A stretch of DNA of 63,321 nucleotides, filler included, from Phoronis australis (Eukaryota > Animalia > Phoronida): assembly GCA_002633005.1 (NCBI GenBank). It is 10 parts of 10 records of this genome, joined end to end, with 100 filler letters (N's around TTAATTAATTAA, not from the genome) between each part and the next. Parts side by side here need not be neighbours in the genome. Positions count along the whole stretch, not along the records: positions 60,299 to 63,321 come from NMRA01003272.1; 9 more parts are not named here. One strand, given 5' to 3'. The notes beneath the pieces are model-generated. The model saw nothing but the letters and a program-made list of their open reading frames with translations. It was not told where the DNA came from and did no database searches. Made by a program: the position numbers and the translations under genes. Below, piece by piece: positions 63,101-63,321 of this stretch (positions within the stretch are counted from its first letter, which is position 1; each line of letters opens with the position of its first letter).

Positions 63101-63321
63101 TTAATTACATCAGTTTTTAAAGTTCATGTTCGTTCAATGTTTCGTCAAATGAACATGAACTTTTTTATTTGTGCGGCGATTGTTTTTAATGCCTCATTTT
63201 TACGTGAAAAGTGTTAGTGAGCTGTTTTGTGCTTGATTATGTTGCATTAAAGTGTGCATCATATACTCTGTATGTAAGTTGTCCAAAGAATATATCAAGC
63301 GTTTGTTATATAGGTATATTT

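Overview
This is animal (bilaterian invertebrate-like) genomic DNA, AT-rich and dense in introns and transposons. It is not one locus. Nine identical 100-nt spacers (N44-TTAATTAATTAA-N44) split it into ten contigs: 1-7332, 7433-9632, 9733-15562, 15663-36239, 36340-39994, 40095-44673, 44774-51551, 51652-55424, 55525-60198 and 60299-63321. Linkage across spacers cannot be assumed. Host exons I could read by hand are: a divergent PCGF/BMI1-type RING gene, one UNC-45 exon, one nephrin-like Ig exon, one ankyrin exon, a 7-exon coiled-coil gene fragment, HM13 (signal peptide peptidase) head-to-head with an unknown secreted or membrane protein, and four RRP5/PDCD11 exons. The most striking accessory cluster is a Fic-domain (AMPylase-fold) pseudogene, possibly spliced in its 5'UTR, that ends about 20 bp from Polinton/Maverick major-capsid and adenain-like protease relics. 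The repeat load includes Helentron-like (HINE) elements carrying arrays of CTCF-like motifs, a pogo/Tc-like element carrying a HIRAN-like relic, a probable KolobokP relic (THAP plus KolX-like), Merlin-, hAT- and Tc1-like MITEs, RTE-X and Penelope fragments, a tRNA-derived SINE, a 200-bp/588-bp satellite junction and a palindromic AAAACTTAAGTTTT array. All family assignments come from motif recognition by eye; no database searches were run.
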